Part shown: positions 62,330 to 64,000 of the stretch, piece after piece
Position numbering within the stretch: position 1 is the first letter of the stretch
How the letters are laid out: each line of letters starts with the position of its first letter
From: Cyanophora paradoxa CCMP329
Taxonomy: Eukaryota; Plantae; Glaucophyta
Direction: 5' to 3'
DNA length: 64,000 nt
Assembly (NCBI GenBank): GCA_004431415.1
Contig: QPMI01000207.1
Location: 112,818-176,817, forward strand
The notes under the pieces: model-generated
What the model was told of the DNA's origin: nothing
Database searches by the model: none
What the model saw: only the letters and a program-made list of their open reading frames with translations
Position numbers and translations under genes: made by a program

Positions 62330-62767
62330 CGGTAATCTCCTGTCCTACGTACGTCCGCAGTGCTGCACACCTTCGTACACAGTCTCCTGCCGTCTCAGGC
62401 ACAGGCAACAGCTAGTAACAGTGCCGGTCTCGCAGAGTTCTATACCCCCCTAGGCCTGGCCATGCGTCGCATGCGCGCGATGGCATGCGTCTGCGGACTC
62501 TAGATCGATCTACCCGTGCCGCTTACTGGCCAACGCCGCAAGATTACGAAACCTTCTTTGATTTCGATTACGATATGTGCACCGACGACGTCGACCGACG
62601 ACGCGACATACAATAAGTTATCCGCGGTACAACCTAACTGAAAAGAACCTGCTTCTCCTGCGTGCCTGACATAAACTTGCGACTCTAAGCAAATACGCGT
62701 ACATAACCTGAAAGGGCTGAAGCGCTCTAAACGATGCGGCAAGAAAGCAATACGCGAGACTCCCGGA

Positions 62768-64000
62768 CTATACAGGGGAGCCGTAGTTCGGGGGGCCTGG
62801 GCCAGGGAGCCCAGGCTCATCCCCGTCGACGCGAGGGAGGACGGGCTCGTTCGCGCCGTACCCGCCGGGCGTGACCTCGCCCTGGCCCCACGAGGCCGGC
62901 GGGGGCGAGGCGAAGCCGCCGGCGGAGACGGAGGCCGGGGGCAGGAGCGGCTCCGGCCCGCCGGCGCCGTAGGTGGCGTAGTTGGGGTCCTTGCCCGGGG
63001 GCGCCTCCTCGTCGGGGTCCTCGAAGGAGGGGACGACGGTCGCCAGGTTCGCCACCACGAAGCGGTTCACCGAGATCAGGCCCAGCGTCACCGCCAGGAA
63101 CCCGAAGATGCCGCACACAAGGAACGCCCCCCACACCACCTGCACCCCGCCCAGCCTGCCCCCGCCCCAGCCCCCTCGGCCCCCGGGCGCGGGGCGGGGG
63201 GCGGGGGGCACGCACACGGCCTTGCCGCAGAGGGCGCCCTTGATGCCGTTGGTCCAGAGGGTGCGGACCTGGTCGCAGGAGAGGGAGCCCTCGGCGCCGA
63301 ACATGAGCGCAACAAGCCGCGTCGCCGCCCCGAACTTCTTCGCCTCGAACGTCTCCATCTGCGGCGCGCCCGTCAGCGCGCCTCCGCCGCGATGCCGAGG
63401 GGTCCCTCCGGCACCATCGCGAGGAAGCCGTCGGCCGTCTCCAGCTGCCGCTCGAGGTCGGCCCGCCGCGCCGCGATCTGCTGCTGGTTCGCCCCCGCCT
63501 CCGTCGCCTGCTGATCCAGCTGCCGGACTGGGGGGCCGGCGAGTCAGGGGCTCCGCGCCGCGCCGCCGGGCAGCGCCGCGGGGCGGGACGCACGCTTGGC
63601 CTGGACCTCGGTGCGGCGGAAGTTCCAGGTGTCGGAGACGTGCCCGTTGCGGAAGAGGTCGATGACCAGCGTCCTGCTCTGCGTGAGGCGGGGCGGGGCG
63701 GGGCGGCGGGGCGGGGCGGCGGGGCGGGGCGGGGGCGGGGCGCACGGAGAGGCGGAGCACTTGAGAGTGTTCAAAGTGTCCTCGAAGTCGTAGACGGTGC
63801 TCGAGGCCACCGAGGGGTCGCCCCCCACGCGCGAGATCACCCCCCAGTCTGCTCCCGCCCGTCACGCCGGGCGGGGCAGGGCGGGGCGTGGCGGGGGCGG
63901 CGCGCCGATGGGGCGGACGGCGGGGATGGCGGTGCCGGAGGCGGCCTGGGAGGCGGCGGGGGCGGCGCTGGCGCGGCACGTCGCCGCGTAGTCGTCCCCG
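62768..64000 (-). CDS. 3' part of a membrane protein (prominin/tweety-like C-terminal region suspected; 5' end outside window)
   Basis: Spliced exons end ...LSCDQVRTLWTNGIKGALCGKA..VVWGAFLVCGIFGFLAVTLGLISVNRF, then a Pro/Gly/Tyr-rich cytoplasmic tail; stop at 62768. Confidence 0.45.
   Translation of the reverse strand, partial: RGRLRGDVPRQRRPRRLPGRLRHRHPRRPPHRRAAPATPRPAPPGVTGGSRLGGDLARGGRPLGGLEHRLRLRGHFEHSQVLRLSVRPAPAPPRRPAPPPRPAPPHAEQDAGHRPLPQRARLRHLELPPHRGPGQACVPPRGAARRRGAEPLTRRPPSPAAGSAGDGGGGEPAADRGAAGRPRAAAGDGRRLPRDGAGGTPRHRGGGALTGAPQMETFEAKKFGAATRLVALMFGAEGSLSCDQVRTLWTNGIKGALCGKAVCVPPAPRPAPGGRGGWGGGRLGGVQVVWGAFLVCGIFGFLAVTLGLISVNRFVVANLATVVPSFEDPDEEAPPGKDPNYATYGAGGPEPLLPPASVSAGGFASPPPASWGQGEVTPGGYGANEPVLPRVDGDEPGLPGPGPPNYGSPV

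Noticed and set aside
1-64000. CRISPR arrays, transposases, retroelements, rRNA
   Set aside because: No regularly spaced repeats and no recognisable transposase/RT motifs or rRNA sequence seen.

Overview
This is very GC-rich, gene-dense eukaryotic nuclear DNA with many ~50-70 nt spliceosomal introns, an unusually large share of them GC-AG. The long Arg/Pro/Ala/Gly ORFs in the six-frame track are mostly artefacts, so genes were rebuilt by splicing by eye. A delta-tubulin (basal bodies) and an MASF-type plastid transit peptide suggest a flagellated alga, plausibly a Cyanophora-like glaucophyte (inference). Genes in order: Nup205; an NHL + 6x IPT/TIG + PKD-like + TRP/FLC-like multi-TM receptor; a bacterial-type inorganic pyrophosphatase; ALG1; ITPK1; a C2H2 zinc-finger protein; a Yme2/RNA12-like ATPase; an At5g11810-like protein; a SAP+ARID protein; an RNF115/126-like RING E3; delta-tubulin; a plastid TIGR02444-like protein; a small hypothetical; VAMP7; a divergent stand-alone G-alpha; a G-alpha fusion gene; and the 3' end of a membrane protein. 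An ~11.07 kb block (31758-42825) is repeated in tandem (42826-53897), differing mainly by homopolymer indels. Main finding: the minus-strand gene 62329-53922 appears to fuse an MGCC-capped heterotrimeric G-alpha domain (catalytic Gln replaced by Glu) in frame, through a poly-Gly linker, to a DUF4062-NACHT-WD40 (TEP1/NWD-type STAND, NLR-like) module. It lies tail-to-tail with a free, non-lipidated G-alpha paralog, and the two share a ~500 bp near-identical tract.
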